64,000 nt of DNA from Paramoeba atlantica. Its lineage: Eukaryota; Protista; Discosea. Location: assembly GCA_977017575.1 (NCBI GenBank), contig CDRNVI010000050.1, positions 1 through 64,000 on the forward strand, written 5' to 3'. The first letter of the stretch is position 1. The number at the start of each line of letters is the position of its first letter. The position numbers were made by a program, and so were the translations under genes. The notes under the pieces were generated by a model that ran no database searches, was not told where the DNA came from, and worked only from the letters and a program-made list of their open reading frames with translations. This document shows, piece by piece, positions 46,126 through 56,466 of the stretch.

Positions 46126-47372
46126 ACTGTCCGGGTTAATATTCCTGGTAGTAATATTAAGAGGGTATACTCCCTCTCTCATTAATTTTTATAAATAGAT
46201 TTCGAGTTATAAAAATTTAATTTATGCGGGATCATTAATTTTTATAAATCAGAAATTTATCGAACGCTATTTCTTAATTTTTTTCTAAACCAAAGAATTT
46301 TTTCCGTTATTCTACTTAAGATGGATTATTTTGTGAACGTGGATGGACGCGCTTCGAAGAAATTTCTTACAGAAAAGCGCAAATGGTTGATTTCTATGCT
46401 GGAGGCATAGAAGGCATGTAATATCACTTACTTTCTTAAAGAAATGTTTCTTTTATGCGTTTTTAGGTGTACCGTCACCCCCCCTCCCTTGACTTAGCCT
46501 GCCAAAAAGTCGAAAAAATAGGGAAAAGCGGATAAGTCGCCCAGCCGACTGCGGGCCTAATTTATCCGAAGGAGCGTCTTCGTTGCTCGGTCGCAATCCT
46601 ATGTCGTAATGCATATTGCACTGCCGGATCCCAGGAGTTCTTCTAGAACTCGCGTTTTCTTCCACGTAAACTCAACCAGGACAGGTGGGATCGGTCGGGA
46701 TCGTAAATCTCTAGTTTCAACCCTCTCAGCTTCAGATATTAGATTGATTCGTGAAAAAATGCTCATGTAGGGGAAAAGATAATCTTTTTGGGGGGGATTT
46801 TCTTTCTGAGATGAAGATACTGATTTTTGTAAAACGCGATTCACTGAAAAAATTCAGCATGGGGAAGCATGGTCGGGACCTACTCGCGGTCTTCCCTGGC
46901 ACTACCATCTTACAGATCGTACTAACGCCGACCTTTTTTTAGAATAGCGGTCATTTATACGGGATCATTAATTTTTATAATTATAATTATAACTCACTTT
47001 TTGTTATAATTTATAATTTATAAAAATTAATGAGAGGGAGAGTAGGAATATTACGAGGTATAGGAATGTTAAAAAATTAGCAAAAAAAGACCAAGTTTTT
47101 TTTCGCGCCGCTTCGAACCTGCGACCACCAGATTATGAACGGCAGGTCTTACCCACTGGACTACCTGGGTTCGAGTCCCGGGACCTACGTTTTTAAGCAC
47201 AGTGATTTGTGCCCAAATCGAGGATAGGGGCTGGACCCCCTTTTCTCACACTGCTGGATCCACCCTACCCCGGACACCTTAAAGAAGGGAGAAGCAGAGG
47301 TTGTAAACAACCCCCGCAATATTCCTATTACCCCCTCTTAATATTCCTACCAGGAATATTAACCCGGACAGT
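46126..47372. mobile_element. ~1.25-kb non-autonomous TIR element with gene-like interior
   Basis: ~40-bp TIR actgtccgggttaatattcctggtag(t/g)aatattaagaggg with one mismatch, plus inner attaatttttataa repeats. TSD not clear. Confidence 0.8.
47112..47168 (-). pseudogene. Truncated tRNA-Met(CAT)-like sequence
   Basis: The minus strand reads ..gtagtccagtgggtaagac..ttCATaatctggtggtcgcaggttcgaa. The anticodon stem is imperfect and the 3' T-stem and acceptor strand are missing. Confidence 0.35.
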
Positions 47373-47421
47373 TATAAGGTTATAGTTAAGATTAGTATAT
47401 CTTTAATTAAACGGTGTTACA

Positions 47422-47874
47422 GGATAACATACCCCCCGGTATGTTATCGTGTTACAGGTATGTTATGCTGTTACAGGTATGTTAACTTTTATGCCATCAT
47501 TTTTTTTGAAGAATATGATTCACCAATTCAAAAAATTACTCCAATATATTTTACTCCACAATTTCAGGACAACTATGTCTTGGAAAATACTCCTGAATTG
47601 TCAATGTCTTCCTCCTCTTCTCCCTCCTCGTCTTCCTCTTCATCCTCCTCCGACGAAACAACCTCGCTTGGAATTTCTTCATGAATACCACTCAGTTCTT
47701 GCGTGCTCATGTTGACAAAAAAATTATCAGTATTACACATGTAAAAAAATCTCAAAAATAAAATTGACCCCTAAACTCCAAAATCCAGAGGGGGGTATGT
47801 TATCCACCCCTGTTCACGATAACATACCCCCCAGGTATGTTAACGTGTTACAGGTATGTTATCCCGGGCCCCCG
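47422..47874. repeat. Probable TIR element built from ggtatgtta/taacatacc repeats
   Basis: 12-bp IR ggataacatacc / ggtatgttatcc and many internal copies of the motif. No TSD found. Confidence 0.55.
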
Positions 47875-48084
47875 TTTAGTGTCATTTTCTCGACCGACAC
47901 TAATTAAAAATACACTAATTTTTACGAGCACTGTAGGTCGGTCTCTGCCTCGGAAACCGCGTGAGCTTGGCCACGAGAGTAAAGCAAGATATTAGCTTTA
48001 GCACTAAATTTAAGTCTGTTCAAGGACACATTTGGGCTAAATACGACCGGTGGTGGCTGAATGATTAAAGTTGTGCAAAACAAA

Positions 48085-48422
48085 AATTCGGACCTAAAGG
48101 GTTTTTGTGTCGGAAGAATGGTGTGGTTGAAGTCGCATTATTTACCCATTACGTGCAATAGTCTTGTATTCATGCCTACGAGTGATTTCTCACACGCAAA
48201 TGTTGGATTTAGTGCTCTGAGCGTAAATCTACGCAAAAATGCCCCTATTTTTACCTAAAAATCGGCTATTTTTGGTTTAACGCCGTCCGGTTTCTTCGGC
48301 TTTCGTAACCAATTTTTCTTTTCTAGGCTCTTCGTTAAACGCGGAGGTAGTTTTCAACGCGAATCGCGCAGCATGAGTGACTTCTAAGTTGAAAACAACC
48401 ACCGCGTTTAACGAAGATCCTA
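48085..48422 (+). repeat. R1 repeat, 3' part (copy D), fused to an orphan LRR-B 3'-flank fragment (~48005-48075)
   Basis: Colinear with 28642-28967; the upstream part matches ~32240-32305. Confidence 0.75.
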
Positions 48423-48839
48423 AAAAAGAAATCGGTGGAATTAATCCAGTATTGCGCAAAAAATATTTTTTTTCGCCCAATTTTTTAACACTTTTCCAAT
48501 TTTTATTTTCGTCTCGTAAAAGCGTTAGACGTCGTTTCTTAGCATATTTATGTTCATTTTTGTCTTACAAGCGCTCCTTCCGCATGACTTAGGAAAATTT
48601 TACTCCGGTTTGCGCAGGATGCCCGGATATTTCTTGTGTTAAGAGCATTGGCATGAGCAAAGTTGGCTCCTGGGATGCAGGTCAGTGCATTTTATGGCTC
48701 AGGGGCCCAAACTAATAGCTCAAACCGTGAAATGTGAGCGAGGACATTCACAAACCACATACGTTATCCAGGGGGGGGGAGCGATGGGTATTTTTTTTAT
48801 ATCCAGTGCGTACTTGTCGAGCGCCGGAGTCTCCTTTTC

Positions 48840-49075
48840 TCTCCCGTAGATATCGACTCACCCCCCACACAAGCTATCCTAGGCCTCATTGGGTATTCAC
48901 ACTCAATGAAAAGAACGAATATAGCCGAAGAGTGCGGGTTAATACCAGCACGGTGAAAGGGGCAAATTCTATGCTTAAAAAGAGATTAACTTCTGAGGGG
49001 GGAGTCTGGGAAGAAATGAGGACTCTCGAGAGGCACGCCTCCGTGCTATGGCCGAAAAGTACAACGACAGACTAA
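48840..49075 (+). pseudogene. Degenerate Merlin/IS1595-like transposase remnant
   Basis: VNTSTVKGANSMLKKRL..GG resembles VHTNTIEGxWSxLKRxL. Alternative frames give LIGYSH upstream and LRAMAEKY downstream. Confidence 0.4.
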
Positions 49076-49298
49076 TAAAGTATCAAAAATGCCCCCGAAA
49101 AAGAATATTTGAGGACATAAAATACTTCTGTTCTGAGATATTTTCGTGTTAGAAAATTTATGGCATCGAAAATTTTAAAATACACATTTTTTTCGAAAGT
49201 GTGCAATATTGGGTTCTGACCAAGAAATCATTATCATTCTTGAAGTTTATTGTTATGCGGCCATCACCGCATGTTCCGAAACCTTGCTCGGGGGGATG

Positions 49299-50220
49299 GG
49301 AGCCATGGGAACGACGCCGTTCGTAAATAAACTTTTTACGGCGGACTTTCTGGGCACCATCCCCTTCGAAGACAAAGCGGAGGACATGCAGGCCAAAGCA
49401 GTCAAGGCCTTACAAGGCCAGTCCCCCGGCACCCCCTCCAGGGAGCAGCGACGCGCTTATGGGGCGGCTGCTCTGGACAAGGCACCGTCGGCCACGCATC
49501 TGGTCTGCATGCGCCAGATCCAGAACATCCACTCGACCAAGTGGATGAATGCGTGGCCGAACAGGCCGGAGTACTACATGCGGGATCCCGAATGGGGGAC
49601 CGTCGCTAGGCTCCGGTACATGGTGGCCCCCACCTCCGAACCTGAAATCCAATGTGTGTGCGGCGCGGCCCTCAAAAATGAGGAGTTCTGCGTCCACGCC
49701 ATGGATTGCAAGAAGGTTCGGGGGAAGACACAAGCCTCTCGCCACAAGGGGGTTAAGGAAACTTTCCGCAACCTACTAATCCAGTACGGATTCTCCCCAG
49801 ACCTAGTCGAACCTAGATTCGATAACGGTCAGGGACCGGACATCTGCCTCCTTTTGGGGCGGAAACTAGTCCTAGTGGACGTGACGGTGGTAAACCCACT
49901 GGCCCCGTCCTACGTCGATAAGGGGGCAGCTGAGCCCTCCTTCACCGTGAGGCAGGCTGAGCGCCTCAAAAGGCGCACTCACGAGGAAATGGCGGGGGCC
50001 GGGGAGATGGATTTCTTCCCTTTAGCCTTCATCACGTACAGTGTCCCCGGGCCCGAGACCCTCTAGTTTCTAAATTTGGTCGCTCGGAAGGCCACCGGCG
50101 AGAAGAATGGTTGCCTCAGCCATTTTATCATGGCAATCGGGGTATCCATCCAAAAGGGGAACGCCCAGATAGCGCATGTCGCGGTACAAAACTGGTACCG
50201 TAGGGGCGTGCGCTAATGGG
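49299..50220 (+). mobile_element. 5'-truncated CRE-clade (RLE) non-LTR retrotransposon fragment
   Basis: Zn-knuckle CVCG..HAMDC..RH, EP..PDI..VDVTVVNPLAPSY (restriction-like endonuclease) and SIQKGNA beyond an in-frame TAG at 50064. GC-rich relative to its flanks. Confidence 0.75.
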
Positions 50221-50282
50221 TTCGGGGGATGACAAAAAAAATATTGTTATCATTATTAATGGCAGGGACAGTAGTGTCTTCA

Positions 50283-51577
50283 GTAAAGGGGGCGTACGTC
50301 TATTGTTCGCAATCATCTATTGTTCGCAAACTAATAAAATCATCTATTGTTGGCAATCGGTTATTGTTGACATTTAATTAATTTTGATTTTTTTGATTCA
50401 TTGCCATGTATGGCGGATAAAATCCTGGAGTCTGCTAAGGTCAAAATTTCCACTTTTTTCGAAACTTTTCGAAAATTTCCTCTTTTTCGAAGATACGTAT
50501 ACATGTATGTATCCTCGTGTATGTGAGGGGGGGGCGACGGTAGTGTAAGTGATTGCGGTGGTTGTAAAACTACCGCTCTACCCTCGATTATTAAAAAAAA
50601 GGTGAACAAAAACAGTGAAAATATAAAGAGGAACACAGTAATATAATAGAAGAAAAAAATATAAAAGGGGGCTCCGGTGGTCCAAAACTTAAAAAAAATT
50701 GAAAAAAATTGGGGGTCCAGGGGGGTCATGGTCGAGCAAATTTTTTCGAAAAAATTAGTTTTCGAAAACAAACCGCAGAAAGGGTAGCCGGGGTCTTGGC
50801 GCGCATTTTCCACCCCCTTACCCGGGGGTGATCCCCCCGCGTATCCGCAGGACGGGTCCGCCAAGTTCGGATTTTTTCGGAAAAAAAAAATTGAAAAAAA
50901 TTTCAACTTGGCGAAAAAAATGGCAAAAAAAATATTTTTCCAAAATCGTTTCCCCTATTGTATTTTGATAGTTTGGGACCTACACTAGCTTTCTCCGCAG
51001 TTGTTTTCGCAAGGTATCCCTTCTTCTAACCGTGCTGCGCCCCTCAAAATGACCCATTTTTGACTAAAAAAGGTGAAAAAGTATTTTTCGGACCTAAAGG
51101 GGCATTTTAGTGTCGAAAGAATGGTATGTTTGGAGTCGCATTCTCTACCCAATACGTTTGGTAGGCTTCCATTCATGCCTACGAGTGATTTCCCACGCGC
51201 AAATGTCGGATTTAGTGCTCGGAGAGCAAAAATACGCGAAAATCACCCCATTTTTACCCGAAATTCGGCTATTTTTGGCTATAATCTTTCCGTTTTCCAG
51301 GCTAAATTATCTTTTTTAGGCTCTTCGTTAAACTCGGTGGTAGTTTTCAACGCGAAGCGCGCAGCATGAGTGACTTCTAAGTTAAAAACAACCACCGCGT
51401 TTAACGAAGAGCCTAAAAAATAAACGTAGCGTAAGTTACCTTGATGGCCAACAATAGATGATTTTATTGCCGTTCCATCTATTGTTGGTTAAAGGGGGTA
51501 TTGTATCATCTATTGTTGGCAATCGGCTATTGTTGGCAAAAAAAGTTGCCAACAGTAGACGAGCCCTCCCTTTAGTA
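50283..51577. mobile_element. Degenerate TIR element (ctattgttggca repeats) enclosing R1 copy B
   Basis: taaaggg..cgtctattgttcgcaa versus ttgccaacagtagacg..ccctttag, with repeated catctattgttggc at both ends. Confidence 0.55.
50551..51413 (+). repeat. Hairpin-ended repeat R1, copy B
   Basis: Colinear with 28057-28967. Confidence 0.85.
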
Positions 51578-51597
51578 TTTTTTTTTCAGATTTACCC

Positions 51598-51680
51598 ATA
51601 ACCGGTGGTAAAACTCCTTCGAATAACCGGTGGCAAAACCTCGAATAACCGGTGACAAAAAATTGATTCGAGCCGGTGAA
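51598..51680 (+). repeat. Short degenerate tandem array (cgaataaccggtg, ~4 units) upstream of an LRR gene
   Basis: Direct reading of the sequence. Confidence 0.6.
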
Positions 51681-51724
51681 CTTTGTTTCTCTTCCTTATT
51701 AGAAACTCTTAAAAAGCATTCTAT

Positions 51725-52366
51725 ATGCCTATCTACCACAACATTTTGTTGCGTACATTGGCTTCAGAAGCTCCACATGGCCAGCGCCCGGGAAAAGTAT
51801 CTGGAGTTCCCCTCCCCCTGGAGTATGACTTGGCACGATTCGTGAAAAACGTGGAACAGGATCAAGACACGTGGAGTACCGATACCCCCGCATGTGAATG
51901 GGGTGGAATTGATTGCGATTTAGAACTCAACGTGATGGGCATTTATTGGTACAACGGTTACCTCAGTGGTGAGTTGGATTGGAATTATCTTCCCACAACT
52001 GTAGTAGAGTTAAAGCTTTGGGGAAATCAATTGGAAGGAAACGTTCCGTTTGAATGTCTGCCTTCCTCATTGGAAAATCTCGGCATTTCAGACAATAAAT
52101 TTACTGGAACGCCGAATTTTCTGTCTTTGCCTCCTTCGATAAAATACTTGAGCATTGCTGGAAACGACTTTTCAGGGTGGGTTGATTTTTCGGTTCTCCC
52201 CTCGTCTCTGCGTGACATTTATCTGGATGGAAACAAAAAATTAGAGGGGATTTTGGACGTGGAGGAAAGGTATAAGGGCTTGTACTATGATGTGACACGA
52301 ACTGAAATTATCGTCAACAATGGTATACTCACCCGCGTTCGAGGGTTTGAGGATTTCAGCGGCTAG
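51725..52366 (+). CDS. Short LRR protein, subfamily A (213 aa, divergent)
   Basis: Paralogue of 1724-2365. Confidence 0.85.
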   Translation: MPIYHNILLRTLASEAPHGQRPGKVSGVPLPLEYDLARFVKNVEQDQDTWSTDTPACEWGGIDCDLELNVMGIYWYNGYLSGELDWNYLPTTVVELKLWGNQLEGNVPFECLPSSLENLGISDNKFTGTPNFLSLPPSIKYLSIAGNDFSGWVDFSVLPSSLRDIYLDGNKKLEGILDVEERYKGLYYDVTRTEIIVNNGILTRVRGFEDFSG

Positions 52367-52710
52367 GCTGTTTTTCTTTTTTCTCTTTTTTCAGGGTTCT
52401 CGGTGTTTAAATAAGTTTATATTTTCTTTGTTTGGTTTTCGTCACTTCTTTGGACGCGGTGTTTGTTCTCAACGTCCTCCAAAGACCTCTTCTGCATGTG
52501 TGACTTCATCATTTTTTCTGTAAAAGACACACACACTCAACAGGAAAAAACAGGAAAACAAAAATTTGTGAATTTTTTATTGTGTAACAATTTTAATCTT
52601 AATAAATTCATTAGCCCGTACCCCGAGTAGGTTTTTCCAGTACCGCAAGGCAAAAAATCAAAGCTCAACGTCCACTATCTAACCAGTAATAGATAAATTC
52701 CCTTTCCTAC

Positions 52711-55700
52711 ATGACGACCTTTTCTACACCTAATCTCCATCTTGAAAACGACTGTGTAGAGAACGCAGAATACCTCCAGGAGCTTCGTAATCGAAATCTG
52801 GAACCCAAACCGTACCGACTGGACACAGCCCAACTCCGTGAGCTCTCCAGTGACATGAAAAGATCCGCGATATTTCTTCGTCGCATTGCGGAGTTCAAAA
52901 GCAGTTCTCTCCCGGTCGTGATACGTGACGTGCAACAACTTAATCTAAGCCGCTATCTTACCGAGGCCGCAGGAAACATTATCAGCACCGTTCTAGAAGG
53001 AAAAACCAAATCTTCCGATGTACCGAGCCTTGCCCTGGTGTGTGGAGAGATGCACCAACGCTACGGAAGCTTTACTCCTGCCCTTTTAGGAGAGCTCAAA
53101 AAACGATGGACCCTTTCTTTTTTTCTTGCTCCCCGAAAGGAGGCAGAAGACGTGACCCGATCTCGCATTCTCACGCGACTGTGTTGTGCGTTATTTCGCT
53201 ATGGTGTTATCACCGAGTGGAAATTGTTTCGTTGGGTTATTTCTCAGTTACAACGTTCCTACCTTTCTAGAGAAGCGCTCAAAACGCTGCAAAATTCAGA
53301 AAATAACCCGGAGTTAATTCCTCCATCGGGTATTGTCACACTTGCGTTGTCCGTGGTGCAAATTATTGTAAAAAGTATTGGCTGCCATTTGTATGGTGCG
53401 AAACAGTGGCACGAAATATCAGAGTCGGGCGAAGAAAGGAATAAAAATGCATCATTTGACGATACTGTTTCACGTAAAGAGCCCAGTTTGGAACTTTATG
53501 TCAGCCAGGCGTCCGCGGAGGAATTTAAAGAACTTGTAAAAAACGTTTCCCAATTCTGTACTGACATTTTAGATGAAGTTTTCTCCGAAATGAAAGCGTT
53601 GTGGAAAGAAAATCTGGAAGTCATCCGACGTACCGGGGAGCTTCCCGAGACGCTTTGTGAACAATTCGGGACGCAGAAAAAAATAGCCGACAAGCTTTAT
53701 CAGCTACTTCACCCTATTGTTGTGACACACCCGAATGGGGAATTGATTCCTCTACAAAACCCCCCTACCTTGGCATCGTTACAGGATGACTTAAAATCTT
53801 CTCAAAAAGATTCCGCAAACACATCGGATATCGTTCTGCTCTCCGGGCTGTCTGCTTTCTATTCCGTGGGGGAGATTTCCTGGTCCAGCGATAAACTTTT
53901 TGAAACGGAAGACGAGGAAGCCTTTTATCGTAATGTTGCCTCCATAGCCATTCCGATTGATGAGGCGTTGGGAGCTCCGAGAGCCGCCTCTCTCACGGAC
54001 ACGGATGTTGAAGTTGAGGAGCAAGAAGCGGTTCTATCTGTTACTCAGGACCTGGGCTTACTTTATCATGTGCTTTCGTCCGAAGCTATGGACCTGGTAA
54101 AAGTTTCTCATTCCGCTGAGACATGGCTTTCTACCTTTTTATCCCCTTCTCATGCGCTCAATCGATACCGCACACGGCATTCCAAGGATCAAGGGCGCTC
54201 GTTTTTACTCTCCTGTAAGAAAAAACTGATCCGATCGATCAGTGAGATGCCTTTTGAGCACAAAGCCAGTGCTCCCGGATTGCTACGCATTGCAGCGATG
54301 CTACAAGCCTCTTCTGAACCCATTTTGACCGATTTAGGTGAGATTTGCTTCAAACAATGCGAAGAGGGGCTGATGAAAATGGTCGAGCAACCCGCTTTCT
54401 CCGATCTCGGCCCTAAACACGCATTGGTTACGTTGCTGTGTGAGGCAACGAAGTTCCAACTCGGTTCCAGTGCAAGTTTACTTCGTCTGCTTTCCTACTG
54501 CGGAGACATTGCGCAACTCAAAGGGAGATCCCATAATGGGGAATCGCTGCTGCTGTTTTTACAATCTGTAGGTCCCTATTTAACTCGAAACGCCGTAACA
54601 CGACCTAAATTCGAATCCCTCCTTCGAAGTTTTGTAAAATCCATTCGTGTGCTGGGAGGTGAGTTGGAGCTTCGTCTCGGGACTGCCATCTCCACATGTA
54701 AATCCATTATAGAAGACCAAACAGCGGCCCAGGAAAAAGCATTGCTTAACGTCCCCAAGACAACACGAAAAGACACCGACAAACCCATGCTGGAACGTTA
54801 CTTTCGCCATTTACTTTTCGTGGAGCTTTCCAGTGACAATGTCAGTTTCGTGAGCAAACAAATTCGTAAACTGGACTGTTCAAAACCGGAAAATCTCCAA
54901 ATGCTTCAACGTGTGATGCGAAAAACCGCTCGTATGCGGGATACGGGCATCGAAGACCTCACCAATGTGCTTCACATTCTGTGGAAAAACGACAAAATGT
55001 GGCGTACGCACACTCACCTTTTAATTGACGACATTGTCGAACGACTTCGTCAGGATTTAGAAAACGAATTCTTTTCGTCGCTCCATCCCGTTCGTTCGAT
55101 ACAAAAACGAATCCACGATATTCGCTTCCTTGGGGAGTTCGCCTCACGTCGTATGCTCACCGATGGGACTCTTTTCTATGTTCTCTATATGGTAACGCTG
55201 TATGGGATGGAGCAGGACACCCCCCATGGGGGCTACGCCCGGGCGCGGCTTGTGCTTACCCTCCTGCACGCGCTCACGCTTTCCCGGTTTAAAACACGGT
55301 TTACGGATCCTCTTTTTCGCTCCCGGCTGTTTTATTATCTTTTTTATTTTTTTCGAAACATGCAGCGTTTGCCGAAACCGCTTCCCGTCGCTCTGGGGTT
55401 TCTATTTGCAGAAGTCCATGAAGGGCTTTCGAAACAATCGCCTGCGGGGTTCAATCTCGTTTCAGCCTTTCCTGCAACCTTAAAGGAGGCAAATGAGAAT
55501 TTAGACCGCGTGATGAAAGAGTTGGATCGAGCGGCAGCAGAAACGCGAAATTCGGGAAAAAAGAACAGCAAGAGCAGTAAAGCAAATGCTTTTACGCTTT
55601 CTTCTTTTTCCCGTAAAGCGGGGATGACAAAGTCAAGAGTGCAGGAGGCTTCTCAAGATCCTGTGAACGACTATGTGTATTATTTCGCGATATCGCATGC

Positions 55701-56466
55701 CGAAATGGATAAAGCGTTGCATCCGATTGAGGATGACCGATTTTTACAACAAGTGGAGGTGCAAGATTCACTGGAGGGGACAGAGGAGGAAGAGCTCACC
55801 ACGGAGGAAGAAATGAAGCGTCTAAATGTTTCTAAAGAGGAAAAAACAACTGCACGAGACGAGAGCCAATCCAAGGACGCTGAAATCGATGCAGAAAATG
55901 AATTTGAGAACCAAAAATGGGATGAGGAAGAGAACGCAACTCACCCGAATCAACCATTAAGCAATCCAAAAGAAGAGGAGGAGATGGACCGACTTCTACG
56001 AGAAACGGCCAAAGAAAGCTTTGATGCCATCAAGTTACAAAATACCCTTAAATCCATGGGAGGTCGTAGACTGGGTCCTACCCCTTTGGCCGGTCGCACG
56101 TCCTTACTACGATCCTCTCACGAAAACAAGGAATCATTATCCCATGAAAAAGGGGAAGATCATGCCAAAGAAAATGATCTTTTGTTATCCTCAAAAAATA
56201 CGGAAAAAAAGATCCATACCCCGCAAACGGTTTCGCTTGGGGTAGCGATTCGTAAGAAGCGAGTGGGGGGAGGGGCGACCGAGGGATCCTCGAAGTCTTC
56301 CTATGGGGTCGGGTATGAAATACGACACGTGGAGGTTCCGGTTACCCACACTCTGGTGGAAGCACAGCAAGCACAGCTCGCGCAACGAAAGAAAGAGGAG
56401 ATGGAATACCGAAAAGCGACCCAGCGAAGGCTGGAAGAGCTGTCACGGGAGGAAATGCTTTCCTGA
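52711..56466 (+). CDS. UPF2: Nonsense-mediated decay factor UPF2 (three MIF4G domains)
   Basis: LSSDMKRSAIFLRRI..LNLSRYLTEA, YFRHLLFVELSSDNVSFVSKQIRKL and QKRIHDIRFLGEF, with an acidic C-terminal region. Confidence 0.85.
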   Translation: MTTFSTPNLHLENDCVENAEYLQELRNRNLEPKPYRLDTAQLRELSSDMKRSAIFLRRIAEFKSSSLPVVIRDVQQLNLSRYLTEAAGNIISTVLEGKTKSSDVPSLALVCGEMHQRYGSFTPALLGELKKRWTLSFFLAPRKEAEDVTRSRILTRLCCALFRYGVITEWKLFRWVISQLQRSYLSREALKTLQNSENNPELIPPSGIVTLALSVVQIIVKSIGCHLYGAKQWHEISESGEERNKNASFDDTVSRKEPSLELYVSQASAEEFKELVKNVSQFCTDILDEVFSEMKALWKENLEVIRRTGELPETLCEQFGTQKKIADKLYQLLHPIVVTHPNGELIPLQNPPTLASLQDDLKSSQKDSANTSDIVLLSGLSAFYSVGEISWSSDKLFETEDEEAFYRNVASIAIPIDEALGAPRAASLTDTDVEVEEQEAVLSVTQDLGLLYHVLSSEAMDLVKVSHSAETWLSTFLSPSHALNRYRTRHSKDQGRSFLLSCKKKLIRSISEMPFEHKASAPGLLRIAAMLQASSEPILTDLGEICFKQCEEGLMKMVEQPAFSDLGPKHALVTLLCEATKFQLGSSASLLRLLSYCGDIAQLKGRSHNGESLLLFLQSVGPYLTRNAVTRPKFESLLRSFVKSIRVLGGELELRLGTAISTCKSIIEDQTAAQEKALLNVPKTTRKDTDKPMLERYFRHLLFVELSSDNVSFVSKQIRKLDCSKPENLQMLQRVMRKTARMRDTGIEDLTNVLHILWKNDKMWRTHTHLLIDDIVERLRQDLENEFFSSLHPVRSIQKRIHDIRFLGEFASRRMLTDGTLFYVLYMVTLYGMEQDTPHGGYARARLVLTLLHALTLSRFKTRFTDPLFRSRLFYYLFYFFRNMQRLPKPLPVALGFLFAEVHEGLSKQSPAGFNLVSAFPATLKEANENLDRVMKELDRAAAETRNSGKKNSKSSKANAFTLSSFSRKAGMTKSRVQEASQDPVNDYVYYFAISHAEMDKALHPIEDDRFLQQVEVQDSLEGTEEEELTTEEEMKRLNVSKEEKTTARDESQSKDAEIDAENEFENQKWDEEENATHPNQPLSNPKEEEEMDRLLRETAKESFDAIKLQNTLKSMGGRRLGPTPLAGRTSLLRSSHENKESLSHEKGEDHAKENDLLLSSKNTEKKIHTPQTVSLGVAIRKKRVGGGATEGSSKSSYGVGYEIRHVEVPVTHTLVEAQQAQLAQRKKEEMEYRKATQRRLEELSREEMLS

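Noticed and set aside
5620-50066. Stop-codon reassignment (Blastocrithidia-like UAR=Glu), suggested by FLK*KYGG and ETL*FLNL
   Set aside because: Both cases are in decayed elements and need only one substitution. Intact genes end at TAA, TAG or TGA where expected (RPS20 TAG, HSP100 TAA, PolI TGA) and have no internal stops.
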